Of a stretch of DNA of 64,000 nt, positions 49,389 to 59,662 are shown piece by piece. Source of the stretch: Chloroflexia bacterium (GTDB lineage Bacteria; Chloroflexota; Chloroflexia; Thermobaculales; Thermobaculaceae); the NCBI GenBank assembly GCA_030446765.1, contig JAUJMR010000001.1:273826-337825 (forward strand), in the 5' to 3' direction. The number at the start of each line of letters is the position of its first letter. The first letter of the stretch is position 1. The translations under genes and the position numbers were made by a program. Under the pieces are notes generated by a model. It was not told where the DNA came from. It made no database searches and saw only the letters and a list, made by a program, of their open reading frames with translations.

Positions 49389-51153
49389 ATGGAAACGATG
49401 CAGGAAACCACAGAGCAACTCAGTGACGACAATGGTCGGGAACCGTCGAAGAACGAGGTACTTAAGGCCGCTAGTGACGGACTCCGCGGCACTCTGTTCG
49501 AAGAGATAGCGGATGTGTCCTCCGAGCGCGTCTCTGAGGACGCGCTTCAGATCCTGAAGTTTCACGGGAGTTATCAGCAGGACGACCGCGACCTGCGGCG
49601 CGAACGACGGAAGCGGGGGCTCGACCGTGCGTGGAGCTTCATGGTGCGCACCAAGCACGCCGGCGGCCGATTGACGGCAGAACAGTATCTTGTTGCTGAC
49701 GAACTGGCGACGAAGTACGGGAACAACTCCCTTCGTATCACGACCCGCCAGGATTTTCAGTTTCACGGCGTGGGCAAGGCGAACCTGAGAAAACTGATAC
49801 GCGAGCTCAATGAACGCTGGATGACCACCTACGGCGGCTGTGGTGACATCACGCGCAACACGCTCACCTGCCCGGTGGCTGATCTCCTGCCGGATAGTCA
49901 CTTCGATTACCAGGCGTTGGCACAAGATATCAATGATCGTTTCCTGGCAGACTCTACTTCATACTACGAGTTGTGGCTCGACGGAGAGAAGATCCTCGCC
50001 GACGGTTCGCGGGTGACCGTTGAACCACAACGTCAGGAGTCGCTTTACGGGCCAACGTACATGCCACGCAAGCACAAAATGGGCATCGGTCTGCCGCACG
50101 ACAACTGCATCGACCTATTCACCCAGGACCTCGCTCTGGAGGCGATCATCGACGACCAGAAGCAGGTCACCGGCTTCAACCTGGTCGCGGGTGGCGGTCT
50201 CGGCAGCACGCATGGTAAGGCAGAGACCTTCCCCGCATGGGTGACCGCATCGGTTTCCTTCCGCCGGATCGGGCAATGGCAGTCCTCGAGGCGGCAACTG
50301 CCCTGTATCGCGACTATGGCGACCGGACCAATCGCCGGCACGCGCGCCTCAAGTACGTGCTGGAGGATCGCGGCGTGGAGTGGTTCCGCGAGGAACTGGG
50401 TACTCGGCTAGGTGCCCGGCTCGCACCACCCATCGATGCTGGAGAGTACGGCGTGAGCGATCATCTTGGATGGGAGCGCCAGAAGGATGGCCGTTGGCTG
50501 GTCGGAGTTTGGGTCGAGAACGGTCGCGTCAAAGATGTCCCCGGCTACGACTCAAGGCGGCCCTGCGGCGAATCGTCGAGCAGGTTGCGCCGGAGCTGCG
50601 CCTTACTGCCCACCACAACATCGTCCTTGCAAACATCGACGAGTCGGCCAAGCCCAAGGTCGAATCACTGCTTGGTGAGTACGGTCTCTCCACCGGGAAC
50701 GGGACCCTCAGCGCCCTGCGCCGGTACGCCATGGCGTGTCCGGCATTGCCCACTTGCGGCCTTGCCGTGGCGGAGAGCGAGCGCTACCTCCCGGACGTTA
50801 TCACAGAGCTCGAGAGTCGCGGCTACGGTCAGGACCGGGTATGGATCCGCATGAGTGGTTGCCCGAACGCCTGCTCTCGTCCACCCACCGCCGAGATCGG
50901 CCTGGTCGGACGCAGCCTCGGCCTGTACAACCTCTACGTAGGCGGCAGCTTTGAGGGTACCCGTCTCGCTCGTCTTTACCGCCCGGATGTGCGATCGGCG
51001 GATCTGGTCGATGTACTCGCCGATACTCTGGACCAGTGGCGGGCGGGTCGCATGCGGGGTGAGGCTTTCGGCGACTGGGCCGCTCGCGTACTCGTGCCAG
51101 AAGAAGCTGTCATTCCGTCATCTGCGGATGAAGCCGCTCAGGTGAGCGCCTGA
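49389..51153 (+). pseudogene. cysI: Assimilatory sulfite reductase hemoprotein (CysI/Sir), two frame breaks
   Basis: LKFHGSYQQDDRD, TTRQDFQFHG, GGGLGSTHGKAETFP|RMGDRIGFLPP (C-run 50231-50234), ENGRVKDVPG|LRLKAALRRIV (about 50543), CPALPTCGLAVAESERYLP, SGCPNACSRP. Colinear with my recollection of E. coli CysI. Confidence 0.88.
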
Positions 51154-51818
51154 TGGCGCGCACGGAAGCGGACCGCCAGTACGAGTACTACCCCGCCTTT
51201 CTTGACCTCGTTCGCAAGAGGGTCGTCGTAATCGGTGGGGGCACGATCGCCACGCAGAAGGTTCGTGGGCTTCTTCCATCCGGTGCGGAGCCGATCGTCG
51301 TTATCGCGCCGACGGCGCATGCATTTATCAGAGATCAGGCACAGGCTGGGAACATCACCTGGGAGGCGCGCCCTTATGCGGGAGGCGAACTCAAGGGCGC
51401 CGATCTGGCGTTCGCCGCGACAAACGATCGGTCGCTCAACGCGCAGGTAGCGCGCGAGGCTCGGGAACGCGCCGTGCCAGTGCTCGCAGTTGACGATATT
51501 CCGTATTGTGACTTCATTGCTCCCGCCGTGGTAAAGCGCGGACGCCTGACGGTAGCCATCTCCACCTCCGGTCGTAGCCCGGCCCTGGCTTCGCACACCC
51601 GCCGCAAGTTAGAGCGCGTGATCACCCCACAGTGGGGCGAATTGCTCGAGGTCGCCGCTTCGGTTCGAGACCGGCTCGGCGCCCACAAGGCTCAGGTCAA
51701 TCCCGAAGCCTGGCAAGTCGCGCTCGACCACGAAGTAAAGCGCCTCATCTGGGCGGGCGACCATGCGGGTGCTGAGGAACTGCTATGGCAACGCATCGCT
51801 CCGGAGGCGGCCAGATGA
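51153..51818 (+). CDS. Precorrin-2 dehydrogenase / sirohydrochlorin ferrochelatase (SirC / CysG N-terminal type)
   Basis: YPAFLDLVRKRVVVIGGGTIATQKV Rossmann start, ISTSGRSPALA motif. The ATG overlaps the cysI stop (TGATG). Confidence 0.85.
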   Translation: MARTEADRQYEYYPAFLDLVRKRVVVIGGGTIATQKVRGLLPSGAEPIVVIAPTAHAFIRDQAQAGNITWEARPYAGGELKGADLAFAATNDRSLNAQVAREARERAVPVLAVDDIPYCDFIAPAVVKRGRLTVAISTSGRSPALASHTRRKLERVITPQWGELLEVAASVRDRLGAHKAQVNPEAWQVALDHEVKRLIWAGDHAGAEELLWQRIAPEAAR

Positions 51819-52651
51819 TCCCGAAGCTACTGCATCCGGCGGGGCTGATATCCCTCGTCGGTGCAGGACCGGGCGATCCAGAGTTGATAACGATCAAAGC
51901 GTTGAAACGGCTGAAGCAAGCCGACGCGGTTGTCTATGATCGACTCGTTGCGAAGGAGCTGCTTGATCACGCGCCTTCCTATGCGCTTCGGTACGATGTC
52001 GGCAAGATACCAGGGCATCACCGTTCCGGGCGTCAGTCGGAGATCAATGAATTGCTGATCCGGCTTGGAGAATCGGGCATGCGTGTCGTCCGGCTGAAGG
52101 GTGGAGACCCCTTCGTATTCGGTCGAGGGGGAGAGGAGGCACTAGCGCTGACGGAAGCCGGCGTGCCTTGGGAGATTGTGCCCGGCATTTCCTCCGCGTT
52201 CGCGGCGCCCGCAGCGGCGGGCATCCCCGTCACCCATCGCGGGTATAGCGGCTCGGTCACCGTGGCAACCGGACACCCCCAATCCGGTGGGCATGCAGAC
52301 GCCGGCCACGACTGGACCGCGCTCGCGCGCACCCGCGGCACACTCGTGTTTCTGATGGCCGTGGAAAACCTCGAATTCATCGTCGGGCGCTTGCTCGATG
52401 AAGGGCGCGACCACAGAGAACCCGCCGCACTGGTACGATGGGGTACGACGACGCAACAGACGGTCCTGACGAGTACGCTGGGTGACATAGTCACGCGCGC
52501 CAGAGTTCTGCGGCTGCTGCCACCCGCCGTACTCGTAATGGGTCCGACGGTCGCGCTGTCTCAGGATCTGACATCGTCAGGCAGTGATCCTGCATACATT
52601 GTGGAGGATTCGGCGAACATATCAGGGCTAGTCGCGGTTGGAAGCGCCTAA
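51815..52651 (+). CDS. cobA: Uroporphyrinogen-III C-methyltransferase (SUMT)
   Basis: LVGAGPGDPELITIKALKRLKQADAVVYDRL, VVRLKGGDPFVFGRGGEE, VPGISS. ATGA overlap with the upstream gene. Confidence 0.9.
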   Translation: MIPKLLHPAGLISLVGAGPGDPELITIKALKRLKQADAVVYDRLVAKELLDHAPSYALRYDVGKIPGHHRSGRQSEINELLIRLGESGMRVVRLKGGDPFVFGRGGEEALALTEAGVPWEIVPGISSAFAAPAAAGIPVTHRGYSGSVTVATGHPQSGGHADAGHDWTALARTRGTLVFLMAVENLEFIVGRLLDEGRDHREPAALVRWGTTTQQTVLTSTLGDIVTRARVLRLLPPAVLVMGPTVALSQDLTSSGSDPAYIVEDSANISGLVAVGSA

Positions 52652-52776
52652 GAACAGTCGTTTTGCCTATGCTCTTCCCACGCGACAGTACCTGACATTT
52701 CGCGGAACCATTCCGTCCGCTCGTGCGTTCATGTAGCACGAGTCGCGATACGACTCACACAGAGGAGATCGCCGAG

Positions 52777-53649
52777 ATGCATAGACGCACAACAGCGGCG
52801 ATATTGGTCCTCGTCGCGTCGTTAGTGACCGCGGCATGCGGGGCTGCCGGTAATGACGGCACGGGTCAGGGGTCTGGCCAGATACCGATCACGCCTGGGC
52901 AAGAACCGACCCAAGGCTCGGCCCTCGAAACGCCCGTCATGGCGGCTACGGTTCCACCAACCGAGGGCATCGCCCCACAGCCAAGTGCGACCCAACCAGG
53001 AGACTCGGAAATGAGCGACCCTCAGCAGGAGCGTGCCATCACGGCAGCCCGTCGCCAACTCGCCCAGACAGTAACTAATGCGAACGATGTGGTGATCGTC
53101 TCCGTCACTGCCGAGGAGTGGCCGGACAGCGCACTTGGGTGTCCGCAGCCCGGGATGATGTATCAGCAGGTGATCACTCCAGGCTACCTTGTCGTTCTGA
53201 AGACAGCAGGAAAGCTGCATTCTGTCCATACAGATACGTCCGGGCGTGCGGTGGTCTGTGCACGTGCCGCCGACACATCAAGAGCCCCGAATCAGGCACC
53301 GTTGCTCACCGTCACCCGGTCGGGCGGACTGGCGGGAAACGCCTCGACGCTCGTCGTCCGGAAGGACGGCAGCACGGAGCTGCGCGACGAAGGTGCTGGA
53401 CCGAACGGTACGACCACGGGAAGGTTGCTTCCGACTCAGCTACGTCAACTGAAGGAAGCACTAGGAAGCCGCGAGTGGAAGACCGTGTCCATCAAGAATG
53501 AACAGTCGCATGCTGACGGATACCAATATGAGATCCGCGGCGGCGGAATTGAACTTACAACGCAGGATGGTATAGAGAACCCTCAGATCGTCGATGTCAT
53601 ACTCATGCAGATTAGCAGCCACTGGTCCAACTCGACAGGATCACGCTGA
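52777..53649 (+). CDS. Hypothetical secreted lipoprotein
   Basis: MHRRTTAAILVLVASLVTAAC lipobox. No recognised domain. Confidence 0.6.
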   Translation: MHRRTTAAILVLVASLVTAACGAAGNDGTGQGSGQIPITPGQEPTQGSALETPVMAATVPPTEGIAPQPSATQPGDSEMSDPQQERAITAARRQLAQTVTNANDVVIVSVTAEEWPDSALGCPQPGMMYQQVITPGYLVVLKTAGKLHSVHTDTSGRAVVCARAADTSRAPNQAPLLTVTRSGGLAGNASTLVVRKDGSTELRDEGAGPNGTTTGRLLPTQLRQLKEALGSREWKTVSIKNEQSHADGYQYEIRGGGIELTTQDGIENPQIVDVILMQISSHWSNSTGSR

Positions 53650-53732
53650 GGCGGTGGCAATTCCCAGAAGATGGCTTGCGGTGGCTGACAAAAGCTGACC
53701 ACAGCGCCCCCAGGATGCCAGTTCGCCCGCTG

Positions 53733-55283
53733 CTACGCTTTCACCTCTTGGACATCCACCTCGATCTCATGGTACCCGGTCGCACCACTCGGGCTGGGTG
53801 GTGCCTGCACCTTGGTCTGTAGCGCACCAGTGCCATCTGTCGCGCGAACGCTCAGGCGGACTGTCCCGCCATTGCTTGGCGTCCAGCTTACCTGCCAGAA
53901 GCGCCAGCAATCGTCACCGATCTGCGGCAACAGTTCTGCCTGCCGCCACGTTTTCCCGTCGTCGGTGTACTCCACCGCTTCTATGCCTCGATGGCCAGCG
54001 AATGCGAGACCGCCGATCATTACCGCTGTACCGACACGCAGAGCACTGTCTGCAGATGGAACGCGAATCTGTGACATGATCTGATAGGTCGCTCGGTCGT
54101 CCCAGCCCTGCCGCTGCCAGTACCCTTTAAAGTCTTCGGCTACGGCCTCGATACGTGTGATCCACTTCGCGTTCTTCATACCGTAGATATCGGGTACAAG
54201 TAGGCGTAACGGCGCGCCATGCTTGTAGGTCAACGGCTCCCCGTTCATCTCGTATGCGAGCAGTGTCCCAGGCTCCAGCGCCTTTGCCAGCGGTATGGAG
54301 TCTGTATAACCATCCTCGCTCGTTGTCTTTATGTCGATAACGCCTTGGCGTACTTTTGCTCGTGCCAGCAACGCGGCCAAGGGAATGCCCACCCACTCGC
54401 CGTTCCCGATCAGGTTGCCACCAACAGGATTGGAGATGCACTGCAACGTATGCGGCTTGGCTTCTGACGGCAGGGCGCGAATCTCATCGAGCGTCAACTC
54501 GAACGGCTCATCGACAAGACCGCCGACACGTAGCGTCCACGACGCGGCGTCGACACGAGGATCGACGAGGTTCTTGGAGACATTATAAAAAGTACCGACC
54601 GGGGTGAAAGCCGCAGGCATACCCTCGGTAATCGAGACGCTGGTGATCGAAACTGTGTCCAACAGGCGACCGACGATCGGAGCTCCAACCGCCAGCAAAA
54701 GCGCCCCTCGCCCCACAACCAGACCTCGGCGCAGGAAGCGGCGGCGGCTGGGATTCCGCACGGTGTGATTGCTGCCAGCGTCGGAAAGCAGGAGGTGGGT
54801 CGTGACGAGCGTGCCGAACACCGAGAACGAGACTGCATACATCCCCATCGTTCGTGCGCCACCGGAAGTCGAGTCGGTACCCAAAAGACCCTGCCCGAAG
54901 ACTGGCAGGTAGACAATACCTACGAACAGGATTAGAAAAGCCACTACTGCCGCCGCTAGCAAAGCGGGACGAACCTGCGTTCTCTGCAACAGCCACTCAA
55001 ACCCTGCACCGAGCAGCCCACCGAGCGCGAACGTAATGATCAGCGCGACAACATACAGCAGCGGCTTCGCATAGCCGCCAAATATGCCCAGCCCAGCTTC
55101 GAAAAACTCTATAGGGAGACGAGGGACCAGCCACTCCGCGGCAAGCTCGATCGGTGTTGGTACACCGAGCCACAGTCGGCCTGCGACCATAGTCAAGAGC
55201 ATCCCAACGGCACTCGCTACGCCATTCCGAAGCCCAGCGCTGGAGGACCGGGGGAGATATCGTACCCCTTCGATCTCTTGCAC
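53733..55283 (-). CDS. Molybdopterin-dependent oxidoreductase (sulfite-oxidase fold) with N-terminal membrane domain
   Basis: The N-terminal ~180 aa are multi-TM. Then HTLQCISNPVGG, GAPLRLLVP..YG.KN.KW and a C-terminal Ig-like dimerisation domain. Confidence 0.8.
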   Translation of the reverse strand: MQEIEGVRYLPRSSSAGLRNGVASAVGMLLTMVAGRLWLGVPTPIELAAEWLVPRLPIEFFEAGLGIFGGYAKPLLYVVALIITFALGGLLGAGFEWLLQRTQVRPALLAAAVVAFLILFVGIVYLPVFGQGLLGTDSTSGGARTMGMYAVSFSVFGTLVTTHLLLSDAGSNHTVRNPSRRRFLRRGLVVGRGALLLAVGAPIVGRLLDTVSITSVSITEGMPAAFTPVGTFYNVSKNLVDPRVDAASWTLRVGGLVDEPFELTLDEIRALPSEAKPHTLQCISNPVGGNLIGNGEWVGIPLAALLARAKVRQGVIDIKTTSEDGYTDSIPLAKALEPGTLLAYEMNGEPLTYKHGAPLRLLVPDIYGMKNAKWITRIEAVAEDFKGYWQRQGWDDRATYQIMSQIRVPSADSALRVGTAVMIGGLAFAGHRGIEAVEYTDDGKTWRQAELLPQIGDDCWRFWQVSWTPSNGGTVRLSVRATDGTGALQTKVQAPPSPSGATGYHEIEVDVQEVKA

Positions 55284-55535
55284 CTGCTTCCCCTTCTACT
55301 ATCGTGCCCCAACTGTGAAGAATACCCGACGCCTCGCTTCACGGCTGGAGCTTAACTTTCGCGCAGCACCTGTGTTAGCATAATTGCAACAGATAAGCTA
55401 TGGACATGGCAGCGACGCAGAAAACCATAAGGTGGCTTCTCGCGAGCGGTTCCTCTGTATTGTATACGGATCAAAGCGTCGGCCGGACCTGTCCAATGCG
55501 CGGAGAACAGTCCAGCTTTCAGTCTTGGAGGTTTC

Positions 55536-55895
55536 GTGATGATTGACATGGTTTCCCATGATCCGGGGCCAGTCGCGTTCCAAGGTACGAGCCCGTCCGC
55601 GCTCGAATCCGACTCCTTGTATTACCGCGCTCGCGGTGCAAGTGTCGATCTGCACATCATGCCCAAGCGTGAGGGAGCAGACTTGGCCATCTGTGGACGA
55701 ATCCTCCCTCGGCCCGAATTCGATTCTTCCGTAGCCAAGCTTAATGTCGAAATACTCAACCACACTCGTGTCTTGGCGTCAGCCGCTCCGAACCGGGATG
55801 GCGTGTTCCAGTTCAACGGTCTGTCATGCGGTGTGTATCACATGCATGTGAGTAATGGTGAGTGGAAGATCGCTGTCTTCGGTATTACGGCGTGA
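55536..55895 (+). CDS. Hypothetical protein with a carboxypeptidase-regulatory-like beta-sandwich C-terminus
   Basis: 119 aa. GTG after TGGAGG. ...ICGRILP...VEILN...ASAAPNRDGVFQFNGLSCGVYHMHV pattern. Confidence 0.45.
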   Translation: MMIDMVSHDPGPVAFQGTSPSALESDSLYYRARGASVDLHIMPKREGADLAICGRILPRPEFDSSVAKLNVEILNHTRVLASAAPNRDGVFQFNGLSCGVYHMHVSNGEWKIAVFGITA

Positions 55896-57027
55896 CTTCA
55901 CCGACCACCGGCGTCTCAGCCGGCGTTGGCTCGGTTGCGAGCACGACTGTGCCCTCGTTAACCAGGCCATTGCGGAAGAACTGTACATTCACCCGCTGAC
56001 CGGGCCGGTATGCGGCCAGCAGCGAGCTCAGCGTGTGCCGTTCATCCACGGCGCGACCTTGGATCGAGTAGATGATGTCCCTTGGACGGAGCACCTTAGC
56101 GGCCGGTGAGCCGGGCAAAATCGCGTTTACCAGCGCCCCGGACTGCTGGGAGAGGCCCTGAGCTTTCGCCAGCTGCGGTGTGATCGTCACCGTGCTTATC
56201 CGGAGACTGGCCTGCGGACCCATTCCCCCGCTCAGGATGCGCTTCGCAATGCTCCGTGCTGTCTCGGCCGGCAATACTAGCGCCCATCCGTCCCGTGGGG
56301 CGACCTCCCCAACGGTAATGCCGACAACCTCCCCCTTCAGGTTGACGACCGGGCCACCAACCGCTCCTTCGGGCGCCGAAGCGTCCGAGCGGATGAGGTT
56401 GTCCACTTCCTGCCGCGACCCGAGCGTCGCCTTGTGACTCAGTCCCGCGGCGATGCCCACGTCGACCGTACGATCCAACGTTCGCGTGGCGGTGCCGATC
56501 GACACAAGGTAGTCGCCAACCCGCATGCGTGCAGAGCGGGCAAACACGGGCTGCTGTGGGATCGTCGCGCTCACCCGCAAGACGACCAGACCCGTCGCGC
56601 TGTCCGGCCTGCCTACAACGGTCGCAATCGCGTTGCGGCCGTCTGAGAAGACAACCTGTGCTTGGTTCGTATTGACGACCGAGCGAGTTGTCAGGATATG
56701 GCCCTCGCGGTCGAGCACGACGCCCGTACCCAACACCTTGCGAGTCGAACTACCGGGGGTAACCGCGGTCGCCGCATCGCCGCCAACCGCCGTAATCGCA
56801 ACCGTCACGGGATCTGCGCGCTGTACCGCAAGCGCTGGACTGGAGCTTGCACCACCCGAGGCGACACGGGTAGCCGGACGCTGGACCGACCGTCCCAGCA
56901 ACATCGCTGCTCCCGCGCCGGCGAGCGCGCTTACGAGAAACGACCCCAGGAGGAGCAGGACAACTGTTGTGCGGGTAAAAGAGATTTCCGACCGCTGCGA
57001 GCCGGAGCGCGAGTTGTGATTATCCAT
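55885..57027 (-). CDS. HtrA/DegP-like trypsin-fold plus PDZ protein lacking the catalytic triad (pseudoprotease)
   Basis: TM anchor, a trypsin-like core colinear with DegP, and a PDZ (GALVNAILPGSPAAK...). The His, Asp and Ser positions read TTRSVV, ATGLVVLRV and PEGAVGGPVV instead of TNNHVV, SDIALI and RGNSGGAL. Confidence 0.75.
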   Translation of the reverse strand: MDNHNSRSGSQRSEISFTRTTVVLLLLGSFLVSALAGAGAAMLLGRSVQRPATRVASGGASSSPALAVQRADPVTVAITAVGGDAATAVTPGSSTRKVLGTGVVLDREGHILTTRSVVNTNQAQVVFSDGRNAIATVVGRPDSATGLVVLRVSATIPQQPVFARSARMRVGDYLVSIGTATRTLDRTVDVGIAAGLSHKATLGSRQEVDNLIRSDASAPEGAVGGPVVNLKGEVVGITVGEVAPRDGWALVLPAETARSIAKRILSGGMGPQASLRISTVTITPQLAKAQGLSQQSGALVNAILPGSPAAKVLRPRDIIYSIQGRAVDERHTLSSLLAAYRPGQRVNVQFFRNGLVNEGTVVLATEPTPAETPVVGEVTP

Positions 57028-57397
57028 CGTCCCTGAGGATTTTGCGTACCCTTCGAAGCAGAGAACGATTGTCGATCGGTCGGGAGAAAACATCGACGAG
57101 CCCGCCATGCGCCATCGCAGCAGCCTCGCCCCGTTCGTGATCCGGCACTATTCCCATAATCGGCACGTCCTGCGTGCGGCGATCCTGTCGCAGCGAGCGG
57201 ATAATCTGCCACGATTTAAGCTTTGGCAGTGCCATATCAAGCAGTACCAGGTCCGGCCTTGTATCTTGTACCGCCCGAAGCGCCGCGCGCCGGTCGAAAA
57301 GCGTGATCGTGTCGTACCCCGCGCCCTCGAGGACGCACGTCGCCATCATCTGGGTCTCCCAGTGGTTCCCAATCACCACGATCCGCTTTTTCTCCAT
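57020..57397 (-). CDS. Single-domain response-regulator receiver (atypical acidic pocket)
   Basis: CheY-like fold. LVLLDMALP keeps the phospho-acceptor Asp, but the DD pair reads IGN, the T87 position reads V, and the K109 position reads R. Confidence 0.75.
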   Translation of the reverse strand: MEKKRIVVIGNHWETQMMATCVLEGAGYDTITLFDRRAALRAVQDTRPDLVLLDMALPKLKSWQIIRSLRQDRRTQDVPIMGIVPDHERGEAAAMAHGGLVDVFSRPIDNRSLLRRVRKILRDDG

Positions 57398-57476
57398 GTC
57401 GCAGTGCCTCCCCGCTCAACCCCGACATTTCCGAATCACATTAAGCGAATGTTAAGCGCTCGGGGTTAAGCGGGCG

Positions 57477-58892
57477 TTACGGCGGGGTTAGAGCTTGGTT
57501 AGAAACAGCGGGCCGGAGCGGAAGCCAAACGGTGAAGATACTGCCGATGCCCGGCACGCTTTCAACGGCAAGCCGCCCTCCGTGCGCTGATACAACCCGG
57601 TTCGCGATGGACAGCCCCAGCCCGCTCCCTCCTGCATCATGCCGACGACCCTCCGCCCGGTAGAAGCGATCGAAAATGCGCTGCTGGTCCTCGGGCGCAA
57701 TGCCAATCCCGGTATCTCGGACTTCGAGCTTTGCCCACGTGCCTTCGGCGTACACGCTGACGGTCACGCGTCCGCCATCGGGCGTGTATTTCAGCGCATT
57801 CTCCAACAGATTCAACAGGACCTGCTTGAGTTGGTCACTGTCGCCCGACACCATGACCTGATCCTCCCGGACCAGCGAGACCGACACCGTACTCGACATC
57901 GATCGTGCTTGCCGCACCGTCTCCAGCACGAGGTCATGCAGATCTACCGGGTGCGGCGACGGCGCCTGTTGTCCTGAATCGGCCCGCGCCAGCAGCAACA
58001 AGTTCGTGACAAGCCTGCTCATCCGTGCCGACTCCCCGCTCACTTGTTGCAACGCATCGCGGGTCTCTTCATCCAGGGCAGGATCGAGGAGCAGCACATC
58101 GACGTTGCCCCGGATCGTGGTAAGCGGCGTTCGGAGCTCGTGTGACGCATCTGCGACAAACCGCCGTTGGAGCTCGAACGCCTTTTGCAACCGATCGAGT
58201 AACGAGTTGAAGCTGTAGGCGAGACGGCTCACTTCGTCTACACCGTAGCTCATCGGCAGACGCAGATCCAGCCGGTCGGCGCCGATCTGTCGGGAATCCT
58301 CGACGATCGCCGAGAAGGGCTTCAGCGCCTGGTACGCGAGCGCGTATGCCGTTGCGCCTGCCACGACAGCCGCGAGCAAGCCGCCGGCGGCAAGGGTGGT
58401 CCGCAAGCGAGATGTGATGCGCTCGATCGGTTCCAGGCTGCGCATCACCTGGAAGTACGCGATCAACTGATCGTTGTAGACAACGCGCCGTGTGAGTAGC
58501 CGGAAGGATGTACCATCTTCCGTTAGCCGGGTGCCGATTGAATATGGAGGCAAGCGCTGCAACTGTTGGGGGGTGGCCTCCTGGACGGGAAGCACGGGTC
58601 CCGGGAGCGGGAAGCCGTTCGCGATGTACACGCGCAGGTACGTCGTATCCGCTTCCTGTCCACCGAGTCCTGTGGCGGTAGTTAGCTGCTCGACTTGTCG
58701 CGAGAGATCCGCGTCCGGATCGCTGAGGATGAACTCCTCAACCTGGCGGGCGCGGGCGGCGAGATCCGCGTCCAGGTTGGCGCGCAGGTTTCGCTCAACG
58801 AGAAGCTGGATACTCAGCCCGAGCGCCGCGATAACCAGCAGGACTACGAGCGTGTAGCTGAAGGCGAGATAGGAGCGAATGCTTGGAAACAT
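57477..58892 (-). CDS. Sensor histidine kinase (two TM, HAMP, HisKA, HATPase_c)
   Basis: FVADASHELRTPLTTIRG H-box, LLNLLENALKYTP N-box, DTGIGI and GGSGLGLSI G-boxes. Confidence 0.9.
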   Translation of the reverse strand: MFPSIRSYLAFSYTLVVLLVIAALGLSIQLLVERNLRANLDADLAARARQVEEFILSDPDADLSRQVEQLTTATGLGGQEADTTYLRVYIANGFPLPGPVLPVQEATPQQLQRLPPYSIGTRLTEDGTSFRLLTRRVVYNDQLIAYFQVMRSLEPIERITSRLRTTLAAGGLLAAVVAGATAYALAYQALKPFSAIVEDSRQIGADRLDLRLPMSYGVDEVSRLAYSFNSLLDRLQKAFELQRRFVADASHELRTPLTTIRGNVDVLLLDPALDEETRDALQQVSGESARMSRLVTNLLLLARADSGQQAPSPHPVDLHDLVLETVRQARSMSSTVSVSLVREDQVMVSGDSDQLKQVLLNLLENALKYTPDGGRVTVSVYAEGTWAKLEVRDTGIGIAPEDQQRIFDRFYRAEGRRHDAGGSGLGLSIANRVVSAHGGRLAVESVPGIGSIFTVWLPLRPAVSNQALTPP

Positions 58893-58984
58893 AAGCCAGG
58901 ACAGCTCCCATGCTTGTGATACTGCAGGTACTCAGTATATCGCAGCTGGAGCACAATCTCGCGTGCGGATCAGGCGTCTAGGGC

Positions 58985-59662
58985 CTACCGGAAGGTCACG
59001 TCGGTGTATCCCATTGACAACAGCAGCGCGCGAACGCTCTGCTCGCCATTGGTTCGAGCCTGCTCGATGATACCGGCCTCCAGCGCGCCTTCACGCAACT
59101 GCTCCTCTGCCGCGGCGCGTACCTGGCTCTCCAGATCCTTGTCCGCCTTGGAGAAGAGGCCCTGATCGCGGTCGTAGACTCGGCTCTTCTCGTTGTCCAG
59201 TCGGCTGTAAAGTATCTCCGGCTCGGGTAGCTTCATCGAGATGGAGGTGCCCGATGCCTGGACATCCTGCTCCGTCAGCTTAGACAAATCAAGGCCCGCC
59301 ACCACTTCACCATGCGCCACGAAGATGAGCTTTTCCCCAGCGAGAAACGAGGGAACGTATCGACGGGTTCGCTCGGCGTCGAGGATTTTCTCCATCGTGA
59401 AGTGAGACGTTTCAAGCTTGGAGAGTCCTTGAATCTGCTGGACCACCGCAGGACCATCCGCGCGCACGACGACGGTTTCTCGCAGGGGTACCTGGTTCCC
59501 GATTTGTGACGAGAGATCGGAGACACGCTGGCGCGCATCAACGTACATATAGCTGAGGACGAAGAGACCACCGAGGCCGAGTATTAGCACGGCGAGCAGC
59601 ACGAGTGCTGTTGATCCCCCCGTGCCGGAGCCGCGTATGGATGCAGGCCTCTTGTCGTCCAT
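58985..59662 (-). CDS. DUF4230-family membrane-anchored protein
   Basis: N-terminal TM, then ...LETSHFTMEKILDAE...GEKLIFVAHGEVVAGLDLSKL... ATG 59662 after GGGAGGTGG. The track ORF extends to 59683. Confidence 0.65.
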   Translation of the reverse strand: MDDKRPASIRGSGTGGSTALVLLAVLILGLGGLFVLSYMYVDARQRVSDLSSQIGNQVPLRETVVVRADGPAVVQQIQGLSKLETSHFTMEKILDAERTRRYVPSFLAGEKLIFVAHGEVVAGLDLSKLTEQDVQASGTSISMKLPEPEILYSRLDNEKSRVYDRDQGLFSKADKDLESQVRAAAEEQLREGALEAGIIEQARTNGEQSVRALLLSMGYTDVTFR

